Numbered from the stretch's first letter, positions 52,725 through 62,314 are shown. The stretch: 64,000 nucleotides of DNA from an uncultured Actinomycetota bacterium (GCA_963808015.1 CAWEEG010000057.1:10867-74866); one strand, 5' to 3'. Numbers and translations: made by a program. The notes: a model not told the origin generated them from the letters alone.

Positions 52725-54096
52725 CTAGTGAAGGGGTCGTCCGGCGGCGGCGAGCAACGTCTCACCGATACCTTCTGAGATGGTTGGGTGGGCATGGATG
52801 AACGCGGCCGCTTCTTCGGGTAGGGCTTCCCATCCGACAGCGAACATCAACTCGTGAATGATCTCGCCGGCGACTGGATCAACAACCGTGGCTCCGAGGA
52901 TCGGACCGTCCTTCTCCGCGACGATCTTCACGGTCCCACCCGTCTCACCGTGAATGATGGCTCTGCCGACGCCACGCATGCCGTGCGTCGTGACGGCGAC
53001 GTCGAAACCCTGCTCGATTGCCTGAGCCTCGGTCAGCCCAACTGAGGCGGCCTCCGGATGGGTGTAGACGATCATCGGGATAGCTCGATAGTCGACGGCG
53101 GCAACGGCGCCGGTAGCGATATGGGTGACCGCCGCAATCGCTTCCGCGAACGCAACATGGGCGAGCTGCGGTGTGCCGGCGACGATGTCGCCTACTGCGT
53201 AGACCCCAGGAACGGCGGTCTGCATCGTCTCCAGATTCACCGGAACAAACCCGCGGTCGGTCGCGATGCCTGCGGTTTCGAGTCCGATCCCGTCGGTGAC
53301 GGGTGCTCGGCCGACGGCAACGAGTACAACATCGACCTCAACCGTTTCGTCGCCGACCGGAACCGCCACGCCGGTGTGAGAGACACTCGGTGCCCCAACT
53401 TGTATGCCGGTCTTGACGTTGATCCTCTTCTTGCGGAAGGCACGTCCAAGGGCCTTGGCCGCCTCCGGCTCCATGCCGGGGATGATCTGGTCGAGAGCTT
53501 CAAAGAGGTGCACCTCGCTCCCCACATCGGCCAGCATCGAAGCAAACTCGGCACCGATCGCTCCGGCGCCAATCACCGCAACCCGACGCGGTTGACGTGT
53601 CCAGTCGAGTGCCTGGTCACTGGTGACGATTCGTTCGCCGTCGATCTCGTATCCGGGGATTGATCGTGGGACGGAACCCGTGGCAACAATCGTCGCCCGT
53701 GCCGGGAGAGTTGTCGTGGAGCCGTCAGTGAGCCGTGACCTCGACCCCGCCATCGACGATGCGACCTGTGCCTTCGTGAACGACGACACCACGGGTCTTG
53801 AGCAACCCCGACAACCCGCTCACGAGCCCGTCAACGATCTGGTTCTTGCGGGAGAGGGCGGCCGCCCAATCAAGCGTGGGTTCGGCCGAACGCACGCCGA
53901 ACTCCGCGGACCGGGCGACGGTCTGGTAGACGGACGCCGTCTCGAGCCATGCCTTTGCCGGAATGCACCCGCGAATCAGACATGTGCCACCCACCCGTTC
54001 CTTCTCAACGAGCGCGACGGAAAGCCCGAAGTTGTGGGCGTAGAGCGCGGCGGCGTAGCCGCCGGGTCCCCCACCGATGATGACGACGTCGTGCAC
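52725..54096 (-). CDS. lpdA: Dihydrolipoyl dehydrogenase (indel near 53727)
   Basis: [32 protein letters not shown]. Confidence 0.95.
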
Positions 54097-54173
54097 CGCT
54101 CCCTCCAAATGAGCCCAGGTCGAGACTAGCCCGCCCACGCTTGTTGTCGAGACGTCGGTACGATCGCATCGCA

Positions 54174-54260
54174 GTGCAGACCCGCTACCTCATCCTCGCA
54201 TCCCTCATTGCCGGCATGGCGATTCTGATCGCCGCGGCCGTGTGGTTTGCTGGGATCTAG
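54174..54260 (+). CDS. Putative 28-aa single-TM microprotein MQTRYLILASLIAGMAILIAAAVWFAGI
   Basis: TACGAT -10 at 54159-54164, GTG 9 nt later, high-GC3 codons, one hydrophobic helix; fills the intergenic gap. Confidence 0.65.
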   Translation: MQTRYLILASLIAGMAILIAAAVWFAGI

Positions 54261-54272
54261 ATTCGCATCTGG

Positions 54273-55112
54273 TCAGGAACGAGGGGCCCCGAGCAGTCGC
54301 TCAGCGTTGTCGTGAAGGACACGTCGGCGCGTCTCGTCGTCTACGGGCCCGGTCTTCCACCCGTTGAGTGCCGCGTCGAGCGATGCGAAACACCAGTCGC
54401 TGCCGAACAAGCATCGATCCACATCGACGCCGTCAATATCATCCAGAAAGGACTGTCCATCCGTCCCCACGAGGTTCAGCCACACGTTCGACTTGTGCGA
54501 AGCGACCGCGACCGCCTCGTCGTGCCAGAGCCGGCCGAGGTGAGCAATGACGATCTGAAGGTCGGGGAAGGTTGCCGCAATCTCGTCGACTGCCCGAGGA
54601 TCTCCGTGTGACAAGCGCAGCCCCGTACCACCGGGCATGCCGGATCCGAGCCGGGAATACCCGGTGTGGAAGAGGCAGATCATGCCGTGCTCGGATGCCG
54701 CTTCGTAGATTGGGAGGGCCTGTCGCGAAGCCGGATCGAATCCTTGCCCGACCGCATGGAACGCAAGGCCGGAGAGCCCCAGTCGAGCCGCCGAGTGGAC
54801 CCCTGCGACGGCCCGAGCCCCGCGCGCCGGGTCGATCGATCCGAACCCATGGAACACATCAGGGTGGGACGCCACCATCGCAGCAACGTCCTCGCTCGAG
54901 AACGGGCGGCGCCGGGTGATGGTCTCGGTGTCCCAGCCGAGCAGAACCGCCTGACCGTTTCGCCGGCGGTAGTACTCAGCCACGTCGTCGGTTGTGAGCG
55001 TCTCCAGATCGAACCCGGTACGGCCGTTGAGGCTGGCGAGGTAGGGCGCGATCGGCCCGGCGAGCAACCGCTCAACCGGAGGGTGGACGTGGAAGTCGAT
55101 GAACTCGCTCAA
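54273..55112 (-). CDS. Amidohydrolase_2-family protein
   Basis: IDFHVH, FHTG, IAHLG, LFGSDW, NAERLL. Confidence 0.9.
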   Translation of the reverse strand: MSEFIDFHVHPPVERLLAGPIAPYLASLNGRTGFDLETLTTDDVAEYYRRRNGQAVLLGWDTETITRRRPFSSEDVAAMVASHPDVFHGFGSIDPARGARAVAGVHSAARLGLSGLAFHAVGQGFDPASRQALPIYEAASEHGMICLFHTGYSRLGSGMPGGTGLRLSHGDPRAVDEIAATFPDLQIVIAHLGRLWHDEAVAVASHKSNVWLNLVGTDGQSFLDDIDGVDVDRCLFGSDWCFASLDAALNGWKTGPVDDETRRRVLHDNAERLLGAPRS

Positions 55113-55312
55113 TGTGAGCCGAATCCCCGATTCCTGGCCTCTGCCAGAGAATCGGGACCGAACGCCTGCAGGCGTCGCTCGTCAACGAGATCACCCTCTT
55201 CCATCCGCGCTTCGAGTATCGCGAACTGGTCAGGATCGTCGCAGTCGCAAACGATCATGTCGTCGCGCGTCCCCACAAAACGGTTCAATTCGAATCGACG
55301 GAGTCGGGCCAT
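55109..55312 (-). CDS. Small hypothetical protein
   Basis: TATCGT 6 nt before ATG; stop overlaps the next start (ATGA-type coupling). Confidence 0.7.
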   Translation of the reverse strand: MARLRRFELNRFVGTRDDMIVCDCDDPDQFAILEARMEEGDLVDERRLQAFGPDSLAEARNRGFGSH

Positions 55313-55330
55313 AGGCCGACGATAGTCCGC

Positions 55331-55756
55331 TCAGCGTTCGGTGAACTGCACGGCCGCCGCAGCAACGCCACTCCCGCCGGTCTGCACGGTGATCACACCG
55401 TCGACATGGTCGTCGGAGAAGTCGATCCGCCACTCGGTCTCGGAACCGTCGGAGCTCGCAATCGTGTACCCACGAAGTGGAAGGTTCTGATCGTAGTAAT
55501 CAACAACAGCCGGCGTGTCGGCCGGAAACGTCAGAATCATCTCGGTGATACCGCGGGTGGGGTCGACGAGTGTTGCCCCAACGACGACCTCTTCCGGAAT
55601 CGGGAATGATTCCGGCACGGTCTGAGGGACCGTTCCCCTGCCGAGCACCACTTCTGATCCAGCCGTTGAGGTGGTACCGCCCGACGACCCGCCGCATCCG
55701 GCAGCGACGATCGTCACGACGACAACACCAATGAAGACCGGCCGGAATCGAAGCAT
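55331..55756 (-). CDS. Lipoprotein
   Basis: Lipobox AAGC; VPESFPIP, VVDYY...GY. Confidence 0.75.
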   Translation of the reverse strand: MLRFRPVFIGVVVVTIVAAGCGGSSGGTTSTAGSEVVLGRGTVPQTVPESFPIPEEVVVGATLVDPTRGITEMILTFPADTPAVVDYYDQNLPLRGYTIASSDGSETEWRIDFSDDHVDGVITVQTGGSGVAAAAVQFTER

Positions 55757-55782
55757 CGGCGGATCATATGGGATGGCCCAAA

Positions 55783-56193
55783 CTACGTCTCTGGATCAAC
55801 CGGCCCGCCGACTGCGCCGATTGCGCGCAGGTAGTCAGCCTGCAGATCGAGCACGGCGAAGATCGCTTCCGGTTCGTATGGATGGCCCGTCTCGTATGCG
55901 CGGTCTTGAACGAACTGCGCCACTTCAACACCACCCACGACCGCCGGGCCTTCCCGTTTCGATGGTTGTTGGAGGTACAGCATCTGCCACTCGAGGATGC
56001 GGCGAATGTCGGATTGGTCGATCGATCCGACCACGTCGTCTGGCAGGCGCTCCCATATGTAGACGATGGCGTCGTCCACGCCGTACACGGAAACTCCATC
56101 GTCAACCCGACGTCCCCGTTCCTGAAGCATCAAACCAACTCCGAACACGGTGAGCACCAGAACCAGGGCGAGTACGAGCAAGAGAGGACCCAT
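55783..56193 (-). CDS. Membrane-anchored hypothetical protein
   Basis: N-terminal TM helix, C-terminal YLRAIGAVG; TAGCCT 7 nt before ATG. Confidence 0.7.
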   Translation of the reverse strand: MGPLLLVLALVLVLTVFGVGLMLQERGRRVDDGVSVYGVDDAIVYIWERLPDDVVGSIDQSDIRRILEWQMLYLQQPSKREGPAVVGGVEVAQFVQDRAYETGHPYEPEAIFAVLDLQADYLRAIGAVGGPVDPET

Positions 56194-56254
56194 CAGCAGC
56201 AGGCTACCGACAAACCGTCACCGAGTGGAGCGCCCCCTGGTAGCTTCCACCACC

Positions 56255-56827
56255 ATGGATTTCCAAACGGTGCGCTCCTTTTTCGCGCTTCTCGCACTTG
56301 CGGCGAACGCCGCGACGATCGGCGTCGTTGTCATCGGAATCGCCGGCCGGACCGGACCGGGGGGTGCGGATCTGCGAGATCGCGTGTTTGGCGCCGTTCG
56401 CGGTCTCGAGCTTTGGCTGGCATTCGGCGTCGCCACAACCGCCACACTCGGGAGCCTCTACCTCTCCGAAATCGCCGATCTGATTCCATGCACCTTCTGC
56501 TGGTATCAACGTACTGCGATGTACCCGCTCGTCGTGATCCTCGGCATTGCAGCCTGGCGCAAGGACCACGATATCCGCATCTATGCAGCGTCTGTCGCCG
56601 GAATCGGTGCGGTGCTCGCCGCGTACCATCGGCTGATGCAGGCGTTCCCGGACCTCGGCGGCACCGCTTGCTCAACGGGTGTTCCGTGTACGGCTGCCTA
56701 TTTCACCCTGTTTGGATTCGTGACGATCCCCTACATGGCGCTGAGCGGATTCCTGCTCATACTCGCGCTCTTGTGGATTGATCGCGCAAATAGCCCCGAG
56801 CCACAGGCATCATTGCCCGACGCCTGA
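56255..56827 (+). CDS. dsbB: Disulfide bond formation protein DsbB/BdbC
   Basis: GSLYLSE...PCTFCWYQR..MYP, second Cys pair, TIPYMAL. Confidence 0.9.
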   Translation: MDFQTVRSFFALLALAANAATIGVVVIGIAGRTGPGGADLRDRVFGAVRGLELWLAFGVATTATLGSLYLSEIADLIPCTFCWYQRTAMYPLVVILGIAAWRKDHDIRIYAASVAGIGAVLAAYHRLMQAFPDLGGTACSTGVPCTAAYFTLFGFVTIPYMALSGFLLILALLWIDRANSPEPQASLPDA

Positions 56828-56837
56828 GAGGAGCCCC

Positions 56838-57479
56838 ATGGCCGCGTCCACGAAGAACCAACCGTCAGAATCCGGCAACCCACAACCACTCAAGATCATC
56901 GGCATCATCGCCGCCGTCATCGTGGTCCTCTTGCTCGTGGCCGTCGTCGCCGGATTCATCGGTAACGAAGAACCCGGCAATGAGGATGGCGATCCCCAAG
57001 TCAGTGGCCAGCTGCCCCTGATGCCGCAGGACGCTCGAGTGGACGCGAGCGCGAACGGCGAGACGGCGCCCACGGTCATCGGGCAGGATTTCGACGACAA
57101 TGAAGTTCGGATCGAGAACGACGGCCGGGCCAAAGCCATCGTGCTGCTCGCCCACTGGTGCGGTTTTTGCCAGGACGAAGTCCCCGCCGTTCAGGCGTGG
57201 CTCGACGCAGGGGGTGGTGTTGAGGGCGTCGACATGTACTCGGTCTCGACAGCCATGGACTCGAATCGCGACAACTTTCCTCCGTCCGAATGGCTCGACC
57301 GGGAGGGCTGGACCGTGCCGGTCATCCGCGACGACGCGAACAACTCCGTCCACACGGCCTATGGCTCCGGTGGTTTCCCGTTCTGGGTGTTCGTCAACAG
57401 CGACGGCACGGTCGCCTTCCGCGTCGCGGGGGCCACGACGGTCGAGGAACTCGAACTGATCATGGCCGAACTCACCTAG
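56838..57479 (+). CDS. Membrane-anchored TlpA-like thiol-disulfide oxidoreductase
   Basis: AHWCGFCQDEVP, GFPFWVFV; GAGGAG SD. Confidence 0.87.
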   Translation: MAASTKNQPSESGNPQPLKIIGIIAAVIVVLLLVAVVAGFIGNEEPGNEDGDPQVSGQLPLMPQDARVDASANGETAPTVIGQDFDDNEVRIENDGRAKAIVLLAHWCGFCQDEVPAVQAWLDAGGGVEGVDMYSVSTAMDSNRDNFPPSEWLDREGWTVPVIRDDANNSVHTAYGSGGFPFWVFVNSDGTVAFRVAGATTVEELELIMAELT

Positions 57480-57488
57480 GAACGCACC

Positions 57489-58418
57489 ATGGAATTCGGT
57501 TTGATGGTCGAACCCCAGGTCGGCGGCAGCTACGCCGAAATGCGTGACCTTGCCAGATGGGCCGAGGGTCAAGGTCTCGACGCGTTCGCACGTTCGGATC
57601 ACTTCCTCAACCAAGAGGACTCGGCGCCATCCACCGATGCCCTGACGACGTATGGCGGCCTTGCTGAGGCAACGGATTCGATCCAGCTTGTCGTTCTCGT
57701 TACACCGCTCACCTTTCGCCACCCGGCGGTGATCGCGAAGACCGCGGCGACGCTCGACGAGATGAGCGGTGGGCGATTCGCTCTCGGTGTCGGTACCGGC
57801 TGGATGCAGTCAGAACACGATGCGTTCGGTCTCGATCTACCCACGCTGGCCGAACGATTCGATCGGCTGGGCGAGACGCTGGCCTATCTGCGCGCGGCCT
57901 TCACATCGAACGACGGCTTCGGCGGGCAGTACTACCACCTCGCTCCCATCGACGTCCTGCCGCGCCCAGCCAATCTGCCAATCGTGGTGGGAGGAGGCGG
58001 TCCCAGGAAGACGCCGACCTATGCCGGTCAGTTCGCCGACGAGTTCAACCTGTTCGTCACCGACCGCTCCACACTGGAAGCGCGAATCAGCGTCATGCGC
58101 TCCGCAGCAACGGCCGCGGGGAGAGACCCGGATGCCATCAAGGTGAGCTTGATGGGGCCTGCAGTCGTTGCCTCGGACGAAGCTTCGTATCGGACGATGC
58201 TGGAACGCCGTGGTGCACGTCGCGACCAAACCGCCGACGAGTACGAGGCGTTTCTTGAGGATCGCAATGTGCCGCATGGCACACCTGACACGGCGCGAGC
58301 GTCGATAGAGACGCTGCGTTCGATGGGCATCGGTCGCTACTACGTGCAAGAGTTCCGTGGACTCGCCTCGATCGACACTTCGGCTCTCGCTCGCTCGTTC
58401 TCGATCCTGCGGTCCTGA
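57489..58418 (+). CDS. LLM-class oxidoreductase, probably F420-dependent
   Basis: RSDH, FRHPAVIAK..ATLDEMSGGRFALGVGTGW..EH; cof genes are in the window. Confidence 0.88.
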   Translation: MEFGLMVEPQVGGSYAEMRDLARWAEGQGLDAFARSDHFLNQEDSAPSTDALTTYGGLAEATDSIQLVVLVTPLTFRHPAVIAKTAATLDEMSGGRFALGVGTGWMQSEHDAFGLDLPTLAERFDRLGETLAYLRAAFTSNDGFGGQYYHLAPIDVLPRPANLPIVVGGGGPRKTPTYAGQFADEFNLFVTDRSTLEARISVMRSAATAAGRDPDAIKVSLMGPAVVASDEASYRTMLERRGARRDQTADEYEAFLEDRNVPHGTPDTARASIETLRSMGIGRYYVQEFRGLASIDTSALARSFSILRS

Positions 58419-58422
58419 TCCT

Positions 58423-58956
58423 GTGTCCGGCACCACCTTCGACCGGTCGGCGATCCTCGCGGCTCGAGCCGAACGAGACCACTTCCTCGCGGAGCACTAC
58501 GCCTCACCGATCCCCGAAGAAGACCGTGCCGGTTTCGCCGGTGCCGACTACTACGAACCGGACGAGCGATTCGTCTTCGTCGGATCGTTCCGGGAGATTG
58601 CGGCCCAGGTTGCGGTCCCATCATCAACCGGGACCGTGAGCGACTACCGCAGCGTCGGAGTCATCCAGATCACCATCGATGGACATCCCTACGGGTTGAC
58701 GGTCCTCGACGATGGGGACGGTGGCACGTTCCTCGCGTTCGGGGACGCGACCAACGGCCACACCACCTACGGCGGGGGCCGGTACGTCGGCGTCGAGATT
58801 GGCGAGGATGGCAGCGCCATCGTCGACTTCAACCGGGCCGCGAACCCGTATTGTGTCTACGACGAGGAGTACTCCTGCCCGCTCCCTCCCGCCGGCAACA
58901 CCATCGCCGGTCCGATCGAGGCCGGCGAACGGATGTACCACGCGACGTCCGGCTGA
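58423..58956 (+). CDS. DUF1684 protein
   Basis: FGDATNG.TTYGGGRY, DFNRAANPYCVY...SCPLPP. Confidence 0.9.
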   Translation: MSGTTFDRSAILAARAERDHFLAEHYASPIPEEDRAGFAGADYYEPDERFVFVGSFREIAAQVAVPSSTGTVSDYRSVGVIQITIDGHPYGLTVLDDGDGGTFLAFGDATNGHTTYGGGRYVGVEIGEDGSAIVDFNRAANPYCVYDEEYSCPLPPAGNTIAGPIEAGERMYHATSG

Positions 58957-58997
58957 ACCGGGGAGATACGGGTCCGAGTCTCCCTATTCTCGATCAC

Positions 58998-59750
58998 ATG
59001 CCAGAACTTCTCGTCATCGACGATCTCCACGCTTCAGCGGAGGGTATTGAGATCCTCAAGGGTGTCGACCTCACGGTCAAAGCCGGTGAAATCCACGCGA
59101 TCATGGGCCCGAACGGGTCCGGTAAATCGACCCTCGCCAACGTCCTGCTCGGCAGCCCGACGTACACCGTGACCCGCGGAACGATCACCTATCAGGGTGA
59201 GGACGTCACTGAGGCGACTGCCGACGTTCGCGGGCGTGCCGGCATGTTCCTAGGTTTCCAGTACCCGGAAGAGATCCCGGGCGTGTCCGTGGTCAACTTC
59301 CTCCGCACCGCACTATCGAGCCGGACCGGCGTTGACTACACCATCCTCGAACTGCGCCTCAAAGTGGTTGAAGCCATGCGGGAACTCGATATGGATCCGG
59401 CGTTCGCCGATCGGTACCTCAATGAGGGTTTCTCCGGCGGAGAACGCAAACGAAACGAGGTTCTGCAGATGGCGGTCCTGGAACCGGACCTCGCCGTCCT
59501 CGACGAGACCGACTCCGGTCTGGACATCGATGCCCTCAAGATTGTCGCCGAAGGAGTAGGCCGCCTGCGCAACGATGAGCGTGGTTTCGTGATCATCACG
59601 CATTACCAGCGGATGCTCGACTACATCACCCCAGACGTCGTCCATGTGTTCCTCGACGGCCGAATCGTCGCGTCCGGCGGACCGGACCTCGCCGATAAGA
59701 TCGAGGATGCCGGCTACGACCACTATCGGAGTGGAGTCGCGGCGAATTGA
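58998..59750 (+). CDS. sufC: Fe-S assembly ATPase SufC
   Basis: MGPNGSGKST, FQYPEEIPGV, GFSGGERKRNE, LDETDSGLD, ITHYQR. Confidence 0.96.
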   Translation: MPELLVIDDLHASAEGIEILKGVDLTVKAGEIHAIMGPNGSGKSTLANVLLGSPTYTVTRGTITYQGEDVTEATADVRGRAGMFLGFQYPEEIPGVSVVNFLRTALSSRTGVDYTILELRLKVVEAMRELDMDPAFADRYLNEGFSGGERKRNEVLQMAVLEPDLAVLDETDSGLDIDALKIVAEGVGRLRNDERGFVIITHYQRMLDYITPDVVHVFLDGRIVASGGPDLADKIEDAGYDHYRSGVAAN

Positions 59751-60979
59751 TCGATCTCCGGCACCTCCGCGACGACTTCCCAATTCTGGGTCGCGAGGTC
59801 AACGGGTGGCCCCTCACCTACTTGGATTCCGCCGCGACCACGCAGAAACCGATCCAGGTCCTCGACGCGGTTGACACCTACTACCGGACGATCAACTCCA
59901 ACGTGCATCGCGGGGCACACACCCTCTCTGCCGAGTCGACCGATGCCTACGAAGGTGCCCGATCGAAGGTCGCATCGTTCATCAACGCAGCGTCATCGAG
60001 TGAAGTCGTCTTCTCTCGCGGGGCCACCACCGCCTCGACCACATCGCGTACGGGTGGGGGCTCAATCACCTCTCGGAAGGCGACCGGGTGGTGCTCACCG
60101 TCATGGAACACCACGCCAACGTTGTCCCCTGGCAACTGCTTGCCAGATACACCGGCATCGAACTCGTATATCTCCACGCTCGACGAACAGTTTGAGGTGG
60201 ACCTCACCGGCCTCGACGATCTTCTGGACGATCGAGTGAAGGTGGTCGCCATCTCCGGTATGTCGAACGTCACCGGGACGTTGGGGCCGGTGAAGGCGCT
60301 CGTCGACGCCGCTCGTTCGGTCGGCGCACTCATTGTGGTCGACGCCGCACAACTCGTTCCCCACTCCCCCACCGATGTACAAGAACTGGACGCCGACTTC
60401 CTCGTCTTCTCCGGCCACAAGATGCTTGGACCGACAGGGATCGGCGGCATGTGGGGCAAGATGGAGCGTCTCGAAGAGATGGAACCAACGGAAGGCGGCG
60501 GGGAGATGATCGCCGATGTGGGTCTCTACGAATCCCGCTGGGCGCCCGTCCCGCAGAAGTTCGAGGCCGGCACTCCACCGATCGCCCAAGCCGTCGGCCT
60601 CGGCGCCGCAGTCGACTACCTCACAGCCGTCGGCATGGAGACGGTTCGAGACCATGAGCGCTCGATCACCGGGTATGCGCTCAAGCGACTCGCGGAGATC
60701 CCGGACCTCACCGTCTACGGCCCGAGTGATCCCGCCAACCGGGGAGGAGCCGTCAGCTTCTCACTGGCCGATATTCACGCTCACGACATCGCGACCATCC
60801 TCGACCAGTTCGGCGTCGAAGTGCGAGCCGGCCACCACTGCGCGAAACCCCTCATGCGATACCTCCAGGTTCCCGCAACCGCGCGCGGTTCGTTCTATCT
60901 CTACAACACCACCGACGATGTCGACCGACTCGTCGAGAGTCTGCTCGAAGCACGGACGGTGTTCGGGCTCGGATCCTGA
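59747..60979 (+). CDS. sufS: Cysteine desulfurase SufS (compensating indels about 60035-60172)
   Basis: YLDSAATTQKP, SGHKMLGPTG, RAGHHCA; the MEHHAN motif lies in an alternative frame. Confidence 0.94.
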   Translation: MIDLRHLRDDFPILGREVNGWPLTYLDSAATTQKPIQVLDAVDTYYRTINSNVHRGAHTLSAESTDAYEGARSKVASFINAASSSEVVFSRGATTASTTSRTGGGSITSRKATGWCSPSWNTTPTLSPGNCLPDTPASNSYISTLDEQFEVDLTGLDDLLDDRVKVVAISGMSNVTGTLGPVKALVDAARSVGALIVVDAAQLVPHSPTDVQELDADFLVFSGHKMLGPTGIGGMWGKMERLEEMEPTEGGGEMIADVGLYESRWAPVPQKFEAGTPPIAQAVGLGAAVDYLTAVGMETVRDHERSITGYALKRLAEIPDLTVYGPSDPANRGGAVSFSLADIHAHDIATILDQFGVEVRAGHHCAKPLMRYLQVPATARGSFYLYNTTDDVDRLVESLLEARTVFGLGS

Positions 60980-61010
60980 GACACACGTCCCCGGGTATCG
61001 TCTCCCCTGC

Positions 61011-61463
61011 ATGTCATCCCTCGACGAGCTCTACCGCCAGGTCATCCTCGACCACTACCGAAACCCCCGGCGCCGGGGAACCCTGAGCGGACCCCATGTT
61101 CACGCAGAGGGACTCAACCCTTCATGCGGTGACGAGTTCTCGATCGACATACAGATCGAAGACGGCGTCATCACCGACGCAAGGATTCAGGGTCAAGGCT
61201 GTTCGATCTCACAAGCCTCGGGTTCCATGATGACCGATGCCGTTGTCGGCAAGACGATCGCCGATGCCCGGGACCTCACTGCGATCTTCAAGCTGATGAT
61301 GGGTATCGACGAGGGCGACAATCCGCTCGACCCGGAAAGGCCCGGCGCCGTGCTCGGAGACCTCGAAGCGCTACAGGGAGTACGGAAGTTCCCGATTCGC
61401 ATCAAGTGCGCCGATCTGCCGTGGACAACACTGGCGGACGCCCTCGACAGAGCGGAGTCCTGA
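61011..61463 (+). CDS. sufU: Fe-S assembly sulfur-transfer protein SufU
   Basis: LYRQVILDHYRNP, NPSCGD, GCSISQAS, RIKCA. Confidence 0.95.
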   Translation: MSSLDELYRQVILDHYRNPRRRGTLSGPHVHAEGLNPSCGDEFSIDIQIEDGVITDARIQGQGCSISQASGSMMTDAVVGKTIADARDLTAIFKLMMGIDEGDNPLDPERPGAVLGDLEALQGVRKFPIRIKCADLPWTTLADALDRAES

Positions 61464-61515
61464 AGGCCGACGCTGTTTCGAGTCACCCGTCCGAACCGAT
61501 CGGTACGATTGCCCC

Positions 61516-62097
61516 ATGGACTTCACACCGAACACCGCGCTTGTTGTCGTCGATGTGCAGAACGACTTCGCTGATCCCGACGGCTCGCTCTTCGTCGCCG
61601 GCGGGCACGCAGCTGTTCCGTTCATCAACCAACTGATCGAAACCGCTCAGGAGGCTTCGGCAACTGTCGTGTACACCAGAGATTGGCACCCAGACACAAC
61701 ACCCCACTTCGCCAAGGATGGTGGCATCTGGCCGGTGCACTGTGTCGGCGACACGTGGGGTTCCGACTTCCACCCGAATCTCGTGGTGTCAGGACCTGAG
61801 ATCAAGAAGGGCACCGGCGGTGAGGACGGCTACTCCGGATTCTCAATCCGCGACCCCGAAACCGGCGCACAATCGGCAACCGGCCTCGAAGACCTCCTAC
61901 GTGATGTTGACATCACCGATGTCGTTGTTGTGGGTCTCGCCACCGACTACTGCGTGAAAGAGACGGCGCTCGACGCGGTCCGTCTCGGCTTCACAACAAC
62001 CGTGCTCGCCGACGGGATTCGTGCGGTGAACCTGAACCCCGGGGACGGAGCGCGGGCGATCGCGGAACTCGTGAGCTCCGGCGTGGAGGTTGAGTGA
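61516..62097 (+). CDS. pncA: Nicotinamidase/pyrazinamidase
   Basis: VDVQNDF, DWHP, WPVHCV, YSGF, GLATDYCV. Confidence 0.92.
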   Translation: MDFTPNTALVVVDVQNDFADPDGSLFVAGGHAAVPFINQLIETAQEASATVVYTRDWHPDTTPHFAKDGGIWPVHCVGDTWGSDFHPNLVVSGPEIKKGTGGEDGYSGFSIRDPETGAQSATGLEDLLRDVDITDVVVVGLATDYCVKETALDAVRLGFTTTVLADGIRAVNLNPGDGARAIAELVSSGVEVE

Positions 62098-62314
62098 GTA
62101 GCAAGTAGTGAGTAGCAAGTAGCAAGACAGGGCCAAGACACGAGACACGAGATCCGAGACTCGAGACAGGACGCGGAGCGGCCTTCGTCGACTCGTTGTC
62201 CGTTTCGGTTGTCTGGCTGTCAGTTCCCGGCTTCCGAGAATGCCCCAGTTTCGTGTCTCAAGATTTCGGGTCTCAGGTCTCGGGTCTCTCGTCTCGAGTC
62301 TCGGGTCTCGGGTC
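62094..62314. repeat. Bipartite inverted heptamer array, copy 3 (plus GTGAGTA/GCAAGTA array), cut by IS3
   Basis: GTGAGTA/GCAAGTA x5 from the pncA stop; AGACNNG x5 at about 62136-62170; spacer; GTCTCNN x7-8 at about 62255-62314, ending at the IS terminus. Confidence 0.88.
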
